From Bigelowiella natans CCMP2755 (Eukaryota > Protista > Cercozoa), in assembly GCA_000320545.1 (NCBI GenBank), contig ADNK01000260.1, positions 1-64,000 of the forward strand: a DNA stretch of 64,000 nt, given 5' to 3'. Of the stretch, positions 14,100-28,162 are shown piece after piece. Each line of letters begins with the position of its first letter. Position 1 is the first letter of the stretch. The position numbers were made by a program, and so were the translations under genes. The notes under the pieces were generated by a model. The model did not search any database. It was not told the DNA's origin and saw only the letters and a list, made by a program, of their open reading frames with translations.

Positions 14100-15028
14100 A
14101 TGGCGCTTGCCTCGCGTGCGATCGCTTATGGTCGTCTTCGAGCGGCCAATTTCCGTGTGCTCAATTTACGATGCTTGCATACCCCATCATTTCTCCGCTC
14201 ACCTCCTTTGAAGCAAGGATTTACGAAAATCCTCCGAAGCTTGTGCACCGAAGCTCCAACCCAGCGGAAAAAGTTCAAGCTTCCTATTTCTCTAATGGGA
14301 CTATGGTGCTCAGCTTTTTCAATGGCTCAAATTTTTGAATTTAGGACACTTATTTGATAGTGACGTTGTTGTAAAAATTGAACATAAAGGTGGTTTGGAA
14401 TTATGGGTGTCCCTATGATTGCCGTGGTTGGATACTGTAAGTAGATGCATTTGAGTTACAACTTGTCGAAGACGAAGAAGAAGAAGAAGAAGAAGAAGAA
14501 GAAGAAGAAGAAGAAGAAGAAGAAGAAGAAGAAAAAGAACAACAACAACAACAACAACAACAATAGTAATAATAAAAAAAAAGAAGAAGAAGTAGGTAGA
14601 ATCTTTTAAAATACATACATCTCTCAGTTCAAGTTCCGACCCGTTTAAGAGATGTGGATACTCGCTACAAGAATCCTTCCGACCGCAACGAACCTATTCC
14701 TGATGAAACACGGCAAGCGGTCAAGATGAAAGGGTTAGTGTGTAACCACGTCTGTATGATGTCGTTTATAATTGCTGGGTGTCGTAATAAAGGCAACATT
14801 CTCAATTATCATTAGAAATTAATATGAATGAATGTGCCGCCTATCCGCAGCGACAAAGTAGCCATGACCGAAATGGAGGATCCTGATGAGGAGAAACCTT
14901 GGCAAACCTACGGAGTTTCGAAAACTCGTTATCGAGAAATGCAACAGAAGAACGATGCAAACATTGCAAAGATTCATCAGATTATTCGGAATACCTCTAA
15001 GAAAGGACCAAAGGCATGGAATGAGTAG
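14100..15028 (+). CDS. Small putative mitochondrial single-pass membrane protein (4 exons)
   Basis: R-rich, acid-free presequence MALASRAIAYGRLRAANFRVLNLRCL, followed by a hydrophobic segment LMGLWWFGIMGVPMIAVVGYF after splicing. Phases are consistent through to KGPKAWNE* at 15028. Confidence 0.65.
14475..14590 (+). repeat. Intronic (GAA)n-(CAA)n microsatellite
   Basis: Directly visible. Confidence 0.93.
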
Positions 15029-15159
15029 TAACTTCGGCAGAATAAGCAACTGAAGCTGGTTGTTACTAAAACGACATTAACATCAATAATCGCGAATATC
15101 TATTATCTCCCATTAAGAATTTCTGTCATACATGGGATCCAATTGAAGGGTTCTTTCAG

Positions 15160-15800
15160 CAACGCACTGCGCAGCTATAGCTAGCTGCGTACTCACCGCA
15201 GTGCTACTAAGCTACTATATATACTATGTTTATACAAAAATGGCCCGTACATGGGTTTTTTTAAGGGTCGCGTGTGCAACGCGAATGTACTGTGAGATGC
15301 ATTCCTTTTGTTCGATCAGCATAGCTGTCTGAGCTTCTGCACGTGAGACGGATCCAAAGACATATACACAGCGAAATAATTAAATCATGTCAATGTCCTC
15401 CCTACCCACATGTGTAATTGCATGTAGCTATTATGCAAACTGGTCAGTTGCAGCGCTTGAATTGCATTCATCTTCATAATCTTCATGCACCGCGTCTTCG
15501 CACAAGCGTAGTAACCTAGCAATGCCACCACTTGTGTGGAATGAATTCATTCACACACGTGTCCCTTCCGCTACGTACGCATTGGTTTGTCATTTTGCAT
15601 CGTGTGATGATGACAAACAGGCTCTTGAGAATGCACTAGCTCGCGAGCGAATTCGAACTGCACGATGCATCAATGGGCGGACAACAAATGTCGTCTGCAA
15701 TCAAATGAATCACTATTTGCTTTCACAGCTTGGTGCACTCTGTTCAATAATACAAGCACACACATAAAACTAGACATAGGCAGATGATCAAGCTTAGCCT
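15160..15800. other. TpA-depleted island in a convergent gap
   Basis: 15579-15747 contains only CTAG and CTAT as TpA sites. Confidence 0.7.
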
Positions 15801-15806
15801 AGTTTT

Positions 15807-17343
15807 CTATGTATAATTTTCCCGATTTTCTGGCTTCTTCATCTCTTTGCTGCTGCACCTCATTCTGTGCCTAAGTATTCAGCATTCAACATGATCATTC
15901 AACAACACGAACAAGAGTGTAAGATCTTTCTTTGGTTGATTAATTTGAACAAATGAAGCCACTTAAAGCAGATAACAGCCTGGGATTCTGCCGAGTATGA
16001 CTCACTTTTCCCTTATTTTTTGATGTTACTTGTTCTACATGTTTGTTTTATACCTTTCTTAATCGGTCAAATAACTCCCGATATTTGTCCTCATTTTCAC
16101 TTAAATTCTGGGTAGTAAAATGGCTCGGATCAGCCTGCTTCGCCTCCTTTTCTCCTAAGTAAGAAGATGGATTTAATCCGTGCGTTGTCATCCCTTTCTA
16201 ACATTCTCAGATTCCATGGAAGTTTCTCAAAGACAACAACCTAGCTTTGTGGGCTTGCTGTTCTTACTGGCTGGTCCTTTTCGTGCAGATTCTGGGCACT
16301 CTTTTTTAATTGTATTGAACTCAAGATCTGTTGCGCTGTCGCTGAGTTCTGATAGTAATCCACAAGTACCACAGAATGTGTCGGTATCAATATTTTCCGC
16401 ATGTTCACGTATACAAATGTCACAATAGGACTAAATTATTATAGATCATATGCATATAATGAGTTCCTGATCTATCATTTGCTTGTCAATCGGCCTATCA
16501 GTACAGTTCTCCATCCTCTCACCTAGGTGCTGATAACGATCAAAGACATCACTGCCAAAGTTCTTCGTTTTGGTGCCATTTGTAGTAGCAGAAGCACGTG
16601 CATCTGTGTTATTGCTAGATGCGAAGACTTTCCTCCAAGCATCATCCACAGAGCTGCCAAGGGGCTCAAACTTGTTGCTTTGCCTTTCTAAATCTCTTAT
16701 CTGCTGCCTCGTGCAAGGGTCATCCTCATCATCACCAGAAGCATCATTTGTCTCCCTTTGTCTAAATTAGGTGGTAGTATACAGAGCAGGCTCGAATCAA
16801 CTCCAAAGCATACTATTCATATGTCGCTCGATAAACATCAGTCAAGTTAAATGTAAAACTGAAGCAGTCATCTTAACTCGGTCACACAACAGGAGAGGGG
16901 TAGACGGTGAGAAACACTCGCAAGGAATCCCTAATCTAGTCGTTTTATACAGCTTTCAGTCTAGAAACAAGATGGCAGCAGCTGCGACGAAAACATAAAG
17001 ACAACAACATGGTTAGTAGATCAATGACAATTTGCGCTTTCATCCATTCAGCATACTACTAGCCCAACACCATTACGTTGATTTTTCACGTCGCTCCATT
17101 TCCTCGATTTCTTTGAAAGCAGTTCGGTATGGTAGTCTGCGATTTGAATTCGGTTGTCTTGGCTGCTGAGCTGCTGTCATCTTGTCGATTTCTTCCTTAC
17201 TGGGTATTCTTTCTTTGAATAAATCAGGGTACAGTGCCTGAATAAACGTGGATGGTGTACATCTATATGTCGTGATGTCATTTTAATAGCAGCGTGATAC
17301 ATGTACACGCACACACACATACACACACACACACACACACACT

Positions 17344-17389
<46 letters not shown>

Positions 17390-17500
17390 GTAAACCGTAT
17401 CTCTTTGGTCTTCATCGTCTATTAGCGTGAATCGACGTTGCTGCTGATGTGGTGGCCTTGGATGTTGTGTTAGCAGTTGATTTCTATACTCTGTTAATGC

Positions 17501-17584
<84 letters not shown>

Positions 17585-17884
17585 GAGAGACGCATACAAA
17601 GGATTATGTCACTATAGATACTATCATCATGGTAGGCTATTAACAAACCATCTCCTCCTACTAGCTTAAGGGAATCGATTAAGACACAAAAAGTAGCCCC
17701 CCCCCTCATTATTGACGAAGAGGGAGAAACACATGAACAAAGAGGAAGAGACGACTTCAGGAGGCAGCATCACAACCATCATTATCAAGTTCATAAATAC
17801 TAATGTATTATGACATTCATAAGGAGCTACTCATGCATATCCATCTTAGCATCATCAATCAGCATTAACTACTATAAAACATTG

Positions 17885-17919
<35 letters not shown>

Positions 17920-18263
17920 GTCCTCTCCCTAATCATTTCTCTCTACTCCAGGCATGGTCATAACCTATTGTTTTCTTTTGTGTGCTCCGATGGAAATTTA
18001 TAGATGTTGTTGTTGTTGTTGTTGCTTATTACCCCTTTCCTCCGCCGTTAGCAAGGGCGCCTCATCGTCAGATATGTCTTTTTCAAGTTTCTCCCATTTA
18101 TTATAGTAGGAGTCAAACAGCTGGTGGTGGTCATCATCGTCTTGCTGTTGGTTCTCACTTTTGATTTGTGATGACGCTCCGGTGTTGGAGGTTACTTCTC
18201 CAGCGGTATTGCTGCTAGTAGGGAGGAGAGTATTATTGTTATCCGTAGTAGCAGAAGAAGAAG

Positions 18264-18296
<33 letters not shown>

Positions 18297-18770
18297 TAGT
18301 AGTAGTAGCCATAGTCACAGGAGGCTCTACTTCTTTCTCCCGTTGTTCTGATGGTAAGTACCCGGTCATGTTGGCTCCTGTGGTGTTTCGTTCTGTGTAG
18401 CTGTTTGGTGCTGCCGTCGTCACAGCTGGCGTCTCTGCAACGACATTCGTTGTCGTGCTCCCTGTCTTTGTCCCTTGATTGCTTCCTATCAACTTCTTCG
18501 CCGCATCATGGGGTAAGTACCGCCTGGTTATAGGATCCTCCATGAGACGCTGAGATACCTTATTATGATCAAGACGAACGAATCATAAGTAAAAGGAAGA
18601 CAAAGTCGTATGTAGCATATCCCAAGGAAGCAAAGTCATACAAGCAGGAGTAGGAGTGTCACTATAACAATCTATCTTCGAAATGAGAACAAGTTCAGCT
18701 CCAAGCGTCTCGGTAGCAGCAAACGGTATGGAATCATGGTATTTCTTCCTAATGTATCTACGAGGTTACA

Positions 18771-18809
<39 letters not shown>

Positions 18810-20345
18810 ATACAATATCTAATATGATATCATATACAATTTCAGGCGGAGTTTGAGGTCCTGGGATAGTTTGAACATGCCGAAACAGCTTGTCGTTACT
18901 TCCAATACTACCCTGTTTTGTCATAATAATCAAGAATAATGTCCATTAAGTACGCACACACGCACACACGCACACACATACACCAAACCCACCCAAAAAC
19001 AAAGGCACTTAGATGCATAAAAGCAGCTTGAAGGGTACTTGACAAAAATGCTGCTGTTGATGTGGTGTTGGTCCTCCCTCAATGCTGATACGTCTGTATG
19101 CTATTTTCCCATCATCATCAATCCACCAACCTCCAAGGCTTCGAAAGCTCTATAGAGGTATCTTTGATTATCCGGTTCTGTGGAGCTGGAAGCTTTTTCC
19201 ACAGATGATGATGATTTATGACCGTTGCGGTCGTTTGCAGCATCATCAGAGGAGGACGTTGATCTGCTGCTGGGGAGGCTCATATTGAGAACCTGGGATA
19301 TCTCTTTTCGAACACCTGCTGATTCCTCCTTCTCTCGCCTCTTTTCGGCGAACTCAGAATCGTCAGAATCGATAGCATTTGGGGGGGGCTGATAATAATA
19401 CGTGATAAAGAAATAACCATACATACACCCACGATTTAGGAATCGGAAGAGGAGGAAAGAGGAAATCAAGTAGAAGTAGCTGGTCTCTCTCTTTCTTTCT
19501 TTCTTTGGCATTGTCATTGCTATGAATGCTTTCGTTCCGAAGTAATAACCATACTAGTTACGGGAGGAGACAACTAACTATTTGAACGGGCTATTGGTAA
19601 AAGTAAGGAGAATCTCGTATAATCCTACCAACATCTAAGAAATCGAAAGATGATGATGATGATGATGACCAAGAGCACATAGTTCTTATTGTCGTTTGTA
19701 TCGTCAAGTTTCCCTGTCTCATTGATTCCATTTCTCGATGATACTGCCGCTGCTGCGGCTGCTTGGAACTTAGATTTGCTTTCAGCGCCTACGCCAAGAT
19801 CGATATCCGTCTCGGCCTTATGACCCCCTCCTCTTCCTCTTGGTGCTACATCTGGTTCAATTCTTCTTTCTTCTTTTTCTTCTTCTATCTCATGATCTAT
19901 TCTTCCACTCGGAGCGCTTGCAGCCACAACGCGAGCATAGAGCTCCTCTGTAAGTAAGCAAAAGAGACTAACGGTTTTCGAAAAGATGAGAGGTATTGCA
20001 GAACTAATTCAATACAGCACGAAACACGCCATTCTATTAACAACTACTCATCCTTTCAACAACAACAACAACAACAACAACACCTATTGCTCTGTCTTTT
20101 GGGAGCTTTGATCGAGCTATGTAGAGTGCTTCATAGGCAGCGTTCATGTTTCTTCTCGATTTCACATCAGCAGCAGAAGGAGATAATGACGCTGAAGAAT
20201 AGGAAGGAGGGGGAGGAGGGGTGCTGCTGGTAGTGCTGCAAATATAAGCCTGTTCCAAGAATAGTTATGATAGCCTTACGTTAATTATGATTCTTTAATT
20301 ATCATTCTCCTTTCAGTGGTTTAAAATGTAGAGAACGACAACGGG

Positions 20346-20377
<32 letters not shown>

Positions 20378-20852
20378 CCATTATCTCCTCCTCCTCCTCC
20401 TCCTCCTCCTCATCATCATCATCACCATCAGCATGCAGCAGCAACATTGCCATTTATATCCCAGACCTGTGCCTTCCGGTAAAGAGCTTTTGCATGGTAA
20501 AATTCAAGTTTTCCCTACGAATGAAAAGCAAGGGGAGGGGGGGGGGTTGAGAAATTGGAGGAGTAGGTGGGATAATCCAAATAACATAGAATGCTGCTAT
20601 CTACCTTGTTGTGAGTCGTAGCAATCTTCGAAATTTGAGTCAGTACGCGAATGACGTCATTGCATTCCTATGAAGAAGCAGCCAATAAATCCAACCCACA
20701 CAAGCAAACTGTGATGGCTTTGTCTTCTCATCTTTCTCCTCCTCCTCCTCCTCCTCCTCCTCCTCCTCCTCTTCCTCCTCCCCCTGCTACTACTATTACT
20801 ACTACTAGCTCGTAACATCACTCATATTATTGATTATTCCATGATAATGGCA

Positions 20853-20891
<39 letters not shown>

Positions 20892-21884
20892 GTGTGTGTG
20901 TGTGTGTGGCACCTCAATCGATTTAAGAGGATAACCCATTCGCAAGAGGCATAGGGCAGAGTTAAGCAGTGAGCTTGCCCATTTTTCTGCATTCGGTAAT
21001 TCTTCTGCTTCAATCTGAGGCTGCAATTAGAGGAGGAGGATATCATCAAGGAGGGGAAGATAGTCTCCCTGCCAAGATATATAATACCGTGTAATTACTC
21101 TCTTCATTGTCGCTGCTCTGCGAAGCATCTTTGTTCTTTTCGTCGGGGCGTTGGCAATTGTTTTTCTTCTCGTGTTGCTTTGCGATTCGATTCAGATTGA
21201 AACGTGGCTGTACCCACAACGAAGCCTAACGATCATGTCCATATTTTGATGTAATGAAGGAGAAATACAAAGAACCGTGAAGTGCCTGAATACTTAATAC
21301 TCGCACAGAACTAGCTATAACGTAAGAGTTGTATGTCTCTTTCATCATTATGTGACTAGAGATGGGGTTGATGGAGGGCTTTGATCATCGAAAGGATCGG
21401 GCTTCAGTATGGCAAACAAGCACCCCACCACATTGTAGATATTCATGCCCCACACATAGCATAGCATGCTACATACAAGCTGAAAGAGGAGATAAGCTTT
21501 TGCAGTTTGGTTGGTTCTTTGAAAGCAGTGTTCAGCAGCTTGCTTTCGCGCCTTCCAACGGTCCAACCGAATACTCTTATCCTTTATCTAGTTGATGATA
21601 ATAACGGTGGCGATGGCGGTGAGGATGATGATGGAAGATGCAGCGGGAGGATGAAAAATGTTCGAAAACACAATAATGGGCAGATATGTAACTACAAGAA
21701 CGACAATGTTAATAATACACATGCATGTCTCACAAAGTAATCAAAACATACTATCAGGCTGGCTGTGCAGCTGAGTTGCACTACGACTACTACTACTACT
21801 ACTACTACCTGCCACTTTCCCCGTCTTTCCGCGCTAAATAACTTTTCAAACTCGAGCTCCAAAGAGTCCCGCTGCAAGTTATGA

Positions 21885-21930
<46 letters not shown>

Positions 21931-22664
21931 GTAAGTAGGATAGATGATGAAGGGAAAAGCATTAATTTTTTGTGTTGCTGTAGCAAGAGGATGAGGAAGA
22001 GAACGAACACCACAATAACCTGCAATGCAGCGTCTCGACCTTCGCCGGGCTCCTTCTTATTAAGCAGCTCGATCTCTCGTTGTGACAACTCAACATAGTT
22101 CTTTCTTTTTTTCTTAAATGCATCGTCATCCTGGTTGTACCCTTCTTCAAACTCCCTATCCTGTCCAAAAACCAACCGCTGCGTAAGATACACGAATACG
22201 ATTGTTCCCCTCCATGGGGAGGCTGATGGCGGAAACTCATTTTTGTGAGAACACTTTTCAATGACGATCATATGCTTAATTAGGCATCGTGATAGGGTCT
22301 TCTCTGTTTTTTTGCATTTGTCGTATTTCACTCATTTCCTTTTTCTTACTTCCATTGATATTAAAGTATAACTGCGTGGTGCAGGGAGAGATAGAGGTTA
22401 TTCGCGAAAAAAGGGAAAATACCATCTTTCCATCTTAATGCTTATTTGTCATATTGAAAAAATCTTTCGAAAAGCGGGTTCGTCATCAGTAAGCAATACT
22501 GCATACTCGCACAATTAATACTTATTATTTTCGAATCGTTATTGTTAAGGGGCCTGTCTTAACAACCTCTGGCTCCACAATAGAAACATTCAGCAGCGGA
22601 TTTGGTGAGAATGTCAAATCGCCACCACGGTATCTGCTGGAAGCAAAGTGCAATATATTTATAG

Positions 22665-22708
<44 letters not shown>

Positions 22709-23067
22709 TCAATAATATGGTTGGCAGTGACATATAGCGTACTTGAGGCAACGGAAGCTCCAGCCCTTTTCCGAATGCGATATTGATGATGTTAGGGATG
22801 ATCCTATTCTCACCCTTAAAGTTGGCAACACATGAATATTAGTAATCAGCGAAAGTATACACGTATTCATCTATCCTTACAAGCTGGTTCTGGTTCGACT
22901 CACGGCTGAATGTAATGGACATGCTTAAGCTTCATCGTGTGGGCTGCGGACCTTTGCGGGATGAAATCCTCATGAAGAAGTCCAGCGATAATTGAAAATA
23001 TGACTAACGCGCAGAGAAGGGGTGCGCGAGGCGGTTCATTGTCTGCTCCATAGCGGCCACGCCTCAT
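15807..23067 (-). CDS. TPR-domain protein with N-terminal signal peptide and long low-complexity C-terminus (many exons; could be two genes)
   Basis: The N-terminus MRRGRYGADNEPPRAPLLCALVIFSIIAGLL has a hydrophobic core. TPR helices: WKARKQAAEHCFQ..AKAYLLFQ, SSLLNSALCLLRMGYPLKSIEECNDVI and HAKALYRKAQ. Minus-strand exons continue to about 15.8 kb. Confidence 0.6.
17307..17590. repeat. Compound intronic microsatellites (CA)n(TA)n and (CA)n(GA)n flanking a short exon
   Basis: Directly visible runs at ~17307-17385 and ~17505-17590. Confidence 0.93.
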
Positions 23068-23143
23068 CTCTCAATGAATGAGTCAGGCTCTAGTCCCCAT
23101 TGCCAGTCACACTTACACGCCAGCCCCACTCACCTCTTTGGCA

Positions 23144-23177
<34 letters not shown>

Positions 23178-23829
23178 TTGCTGTTACTATTTATAGTTAT
23201 TTACCGCATTATTTATTGACAAAATACTTCATGATCCAACATTAAAGACAATAATTAAAACAACTAAAGCTATGGAATACATGTTCACCGCTTTTTGCTA
23301 CTACGAACTACCTACGGATGGATGCATTGTCGTCGTTGTTGTTACTGTTGTTGCTGTTGTTGCTGTTCATACCTGAAAAATATTGGAAGCATTCACTGCC
23401 GAAATGTTCGTTATCAAGCTGTTAGAACCGTAATTTTGGATGTCGCAGGTATGATTCACAGGGGTTTGGAGATATCTAAAACAAGGAGCACTTTGACACG
23501 TGTGTTTGCGAAGGGTAGTCTACAATTCATAATTTGGTCCCGTCAATACCGGATTAAGCTCAAGAATGGACTATGTTCATGGTTATATGCTTGTTATTGG
23601 AGAGGTGTGTTCGCTGGAAACGCTGTGGATATCACCGAATTTACTTATCCGGACAGTAAGAAGTATTAAAGGCTCAAACTGAAGTCACCGACATGCGCAA
23701 TATTCTCGTAGCATGAAAGAAGCAACTGTATTACCAAGAAATGAAGGGCGTTTTTGTCTTGGATAAAATGATTTACTGGAGAAGATCTATCTAATTGACT
23801 ATCTTTCTTTGCTGCAACCCGTCGAAAGA

Positions 23830-24684
23830 ATGGCAACCACCAACCTCCTTTCCTCCCGTGATCGTGTGCGAACGAATAGATACGTTTCACCCGCTAGTTG
23901 TCTGAACTATGAAGATTTTGTCCTGGAGGCCAATTGTGTTAATGGTCACAGGGGTATGCAACAACTGGTTAGCGTATCGACTCTTCCGGCAGCTAAGGTA
24001 CAAATTCGAGTAATTGGCGAGTCAACTGGGGAAGAAGACTCGGAGAAGGATAGCAACTCAGAGATACGCATGATATCTATGTACTGTAAATTTGGTAAAG
24101 ATTGCAGCAAAGAATATTGCCGGTACATGCATACTACGCGGACTCTCCGTCGTCGTGGTCACAGTCGTCGATTGGAATCAAAGAAGATACATCAGCAGCT
24201 GGAGAACAAGTCTCACTCTGAACCTCCAAAGCAACGAAGCAAAATGTCATCCTCTCGTCGCCGACGGTTACGCCGCAAAAGGCAGAAAGAGAAATGGAAC
24301 GCTGTCGCACGAATAGAAACCGCAGCAGCTACCCAGGATCATCATCTTTTTATTGAATCTCAAAGCCAGCTAGCCCTAATAGCTCCTTATCAAATGCCTC
24401 GAGCAAAAACATGGGACAATGATATGACGAATCGTGGAGGAAATAACTACCGAGAACAATATCGCGGAGGGTCGCGCATTCGTTCAAGTAGCTCTTCAAG
24501 ATACATTTCTCCTCCCAGATTCTCCTCCTGGAAGAATAGCAATAGCGCATGGGTTACTACATCTCGACAAGCTTCCGTCGATTATGTTCCGAAGGGACAC
24601 GCACCTTTCGACTACTATGTAGTGGATGAATGGCCCTTCTTTGATTACCATGCAGGAATAGGAACTATAAAGCCCCAATACTAG
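23830..24684 (+). CDS. CCCH zinc-finger, Arg/Ser-rich protein
   Basis: Long ORF containing CKFGKDCSKEYCRYMH (C-x5-C-x4-C-x3-H, Nab2-type spacing) and basic RS-rich tracts. Upstream exons are possible. Confidence 0.6.
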   Translation: MATTNLLSSRDRVRTNRYVSPASCLNYEDFVLEANCVNGHRGMQQLVSVSTLPAAKVQIRVIGESTGEEDSEKDSNSEIRMISMYCKFGKDCSKEYCRYMHTTRTLRRRGHSRRLESKKIHQQLENKSHSEPPKQRSKMSSSRRRRLRRKRQKEKWNAVARIETAAATQDHHLFIESQSQLALIAPYQMPRAKTWDNDMTNRGGNNYREQYRGGSRIRSSSSSRYISPPRFSSWKNSNSAWVTTSRQASVDYVPKGHAPFDYYVVDEWPFFDYHAGIGTIKPQY

Positions 24685-25229
24685 TTCCCGTAATGTGCCA
24701 AAATTTGCTCCATTTGATTCATTAAAAAATGAAATGCCAGCTGTATTCTAGTAAAATACTAATAAATCCACGGGTGGAAATAAAAGATCTCGCCTATTTT
24801 TTGGGGTTTTAGTGCCTTCGCTAGGATATACTTGACATAATTTAGATTAAGAATTCCTGAACTTGAAAGAGAATTCACAAAAACATGCCTACTAACAGGA
24901 TCCTTTTATTGCTCAACTCAGCATAACATGGAATGCAATGTATATCACAAGTCCAATAGAAAGGGTTGATTAAACATAAGCAGTAACTTACATATTCGAC
25001 ATGAGACCCTGCTGTTTTATTCGTAGAGATTTTATTATTTAGTATATAGTTTACACATGGATACGGGTGAATCACAGTCGGAGGTATTATGTTCTTGCTC
25101 AAGCTTGCCAGGCAACATCCGGCTAGTTTGTTTTAATGAAAGTAAATAAACTGTCACCCGTTCATTCTCGAATCATTCAGACACCTCATTGCAATGTTTC
25201 ATTTCAGAGCTTGTCATTCGGCGATTTGT

Positions 25230-25730
25230 CACATGCGTGACTAGCAATTTGTGACGCGTTTAAATTCTAATGTAGCATCTCTTTGCCTGTCTTATATCTT
25301 ATTGCCCCCGAAGGCGCAGCTGCCTGAGCTGCTAGCATGCATGTGCAGCAAAACAAGCTAACGATGAAGCAACTAAAATCTTGAAGCAAGCTAGCAAGCA
25401 AATCAACAAAGACGTACACACCAAAGTTTTGGCTAGGCAAAACATTTTCGCCTCTACGTCGAACGTAACCGTTTGCTAGCAGTTTGCTCAATCTAGCACG
25501 CAAGCTAATGTGGTTACTTTTCTGGTGCTCCACCCGGCTATCTGTTCTAGCTAGTGTTACGTACTCGCAATCAATCTACATAAGCGCACATAGTGAGTGC
25601 GAGTCATCGTGCATGCGTGCAAGCATAGGCACACACAAAAGGCGAGCATCACCTATGCATGGCGTGCAGCTAGAGTGGCTATCGGTGATGTGCACTAGTG
25701 CATTGCTCCGCTGTCATTGAGATTTATGAA
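25230..25730. other. Island with CTAG footprints in a convergent gap
   Basis: caag-CTAG-caag 25387, tgtt-(CTAG)2-tgtt 25543, tgca-CTAG-tgca 25691. Confidence 0.8.
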
Positions 25731-26130
25731 TGTGAACATGAATCTATGATCATTAGTACAATCATCATTCTATATGAATGCTTTTGGAATCCAGATAGTG
25801 ACGATACTCTCGTCAAACTTAATCAGAGGTATTAGCACATTTGAGAGAACATGTGAAACGACCTAGTGCTTCCATCCACTACATTAATCTTCCATGTTTC
25901 ATGCATCGTATATAACAAAGTTCAACATCGAATAATACTGGATTCAAGAGAATTTGATGATGTGATGTGAAACGAAAAGATATTGACATATCTCAATGAA
26001 AATTTTTAGTTTCATCATAGCTTGAAATATCCACATCTAATCTGCTAGTAAGCTATGATGCGGAACTATTGCTGGAATCAATTTTTCATTCGTAGAGATA
26101 TACGTATATTTTAAGATTGTAATTTAATTT

Positions 26131-27472
26131 TCATGGCTCGATTGTGGCTGCGGAGTTGGTGAAAATTACATAATCGGCAGCTCGCGCTAATAATGGATCT
26201 TTGAGGTCAATGTTCAGTGGCTTTCCATTCGGAGCAAATTCAACCGGTATGAAAACTGCAGTTTTTGCTATCGCGCGAAACGCATCTCCATCTTCCGACA
26301 TAAAACCCAAATTTAAGTCGCAATGGAAACGACGAAGGATACCACTGCGAATCTGGCACGGTTTTTAGGAGTGTCTCGCGATAAAACATAAATGTAAAAC
26401 TTTGGGATGTTCCGCCTTGCGAAGCACCTCTACCAACTTCCAAGCCATAGTTGCATCCCAGAGAGACTGCGCCAGAACCATTCGTTTGAGAGCAGGGTTA
26501 CTATCATTAAGTACATCATTTGCTGGGCACATTCCGCCTTCCCCATCCACACTGGTTCCACTCTGCATCTGTGTTGCGCGCATGTATGTGGCAAACTTAT
26601 AGCATAACGCTGCAGAGGGTGTTTTGATAGGTAGAGGGGGTAGTAACTCCAGAGCCTTTTCCGGAAGTTTCTCCAAAGCTTCTTGCCCAAGACTGTTGAC
26701 TATCGAAACGTATCGGCTGGGAGCGTTTGCCGCAATGACAGGCATGCCTAGTACAATTCGAGGTTGGCTCAATTAGGGTTAAAATAAAAAATTTAATTCA
26801 TCGCTACCGAGAGATTTCGCGAGTTCAACTGTGGGGCGATAATCCTTCTTGTAATTTCCCTGATATTCATGAATGATATCACAGTTAGGTATCGATGTTT
26901 GGCAGAGGCATTAACAACATACCCAAACGTTGCAATCCCGAAGCATTGACGTTTCTGGAATTATTCCATGAAGGTATTCATCGAGTGGTAATTGTCGGTC
27001 GGTCTCGAACATCTCCATGGATAGTATGCAGGGCCTAGAATCACTTAAGCTTTGAAAAACCCGATGCTCAAGTAAATGGGCAACTTGGTCTCCATGGGTT
27101 TCTCCTAATATTACCAAACTAAAAAAATGCATCAGGTGGTATAGTTGTCAAATATTACAAATAAGTGATTACCGGCATGTATTCCTCTTAAAGTCATGAA
27201 TCATATCCTGGAAATTCGAAAGGGATGTAGTGCCTTCTTTACTCGTTTCGTACACAATGAAATTCTCATCATGCTTTTGTTCTTCAGCGTTACTACGGCG
27301 GAAACCTAGGGCCAGTCCAAGGGCAGATCCAATAGCTTGTAATCCTCTTTACAAGTATTTCACACATATTAATTTTCAATGCGAATAAGATCGTGTTGAT
27401 TTAAACATGTGTCTCTTTTGAACATGTGCCCCTCCTGTTGCCAACGTACCTCCGAACGTGGGTGGCTGCCAT
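26131..27472 (-). CDS. ChaN-family (DUF399, haem-binding/EreA-ChaN-like fold) protein
   Basis: Motifs LGETHGD, LSMEMFETDRQLPLDEYL, WGNYKKDYRP, GMPVIAANAP, AQSLWDATMA, VLHLC...RFHCD and C-terminal AADYVIFT, matching the ChaN family pattern. Confidence 0.8.
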
Positions 27473-28162
27473 TCGCTTTCGGAACTGTCGGAACCTAATC
27501 GCTATGTCGGAACCCATTAGTTCAGATCACTAGTCTATATAGGCTACTCCTTACACGCGACATGCAATTTCATCGAAATTATCATCTGGCAAGACCTATT
27601 TATTTCCTGCGAAAACGCATCCCTTTTGGCCACGAATTTAATCCCCGCTTGTCTCGCAACCGCAAAATCCGATAACGGAGATTTGTTGCGCGCAACTTGA
27701 GGGCGCATGTTGGCCAGTGAAAAACATCTAGTGCAGAAACCGAGGAAGTTTGGACAAATTCATGGAGTCTATGGCTCATTTAGATCCAAAACGGGCATCC
27801 TAAAATTGCTTATCTCTCTTATAATAAATAAGGTTTATTTTCTCTTTTAAATATTATTAAAGGTTCATGATATTCTCTTAAAATGTTACTTTCTAAGTAT
27901 ATTACCAATAAAAATGTGAATATCAAAGACATATATCAAAGTACATATTACATTCTGAATCTTAAGAATAAGTCTAAAAAATCCTTGTGGGTTGAAATCT
28001 TGGAGTGTGAAACTGAGTTTAAAATACAGGGCATTCTTTTTAATAATACCTTATCATCACCGATATTCTTATGAAATTCGACTCTGTCCAGAGAAAGCCA
28101 GACCAGTCATACAATCACGTCGTCCAAGCCAGACTGCAAACGCCAAGCCAGGGTATACCAAA

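Noticed and set aside
26330-26342. GTATCCTT U12-type donor consensus in the ChaN gene (minus strand)
   Set aside because: Using it would remove the conserved RFHC codons, and no matching U12 branch site or acceptor was identified.
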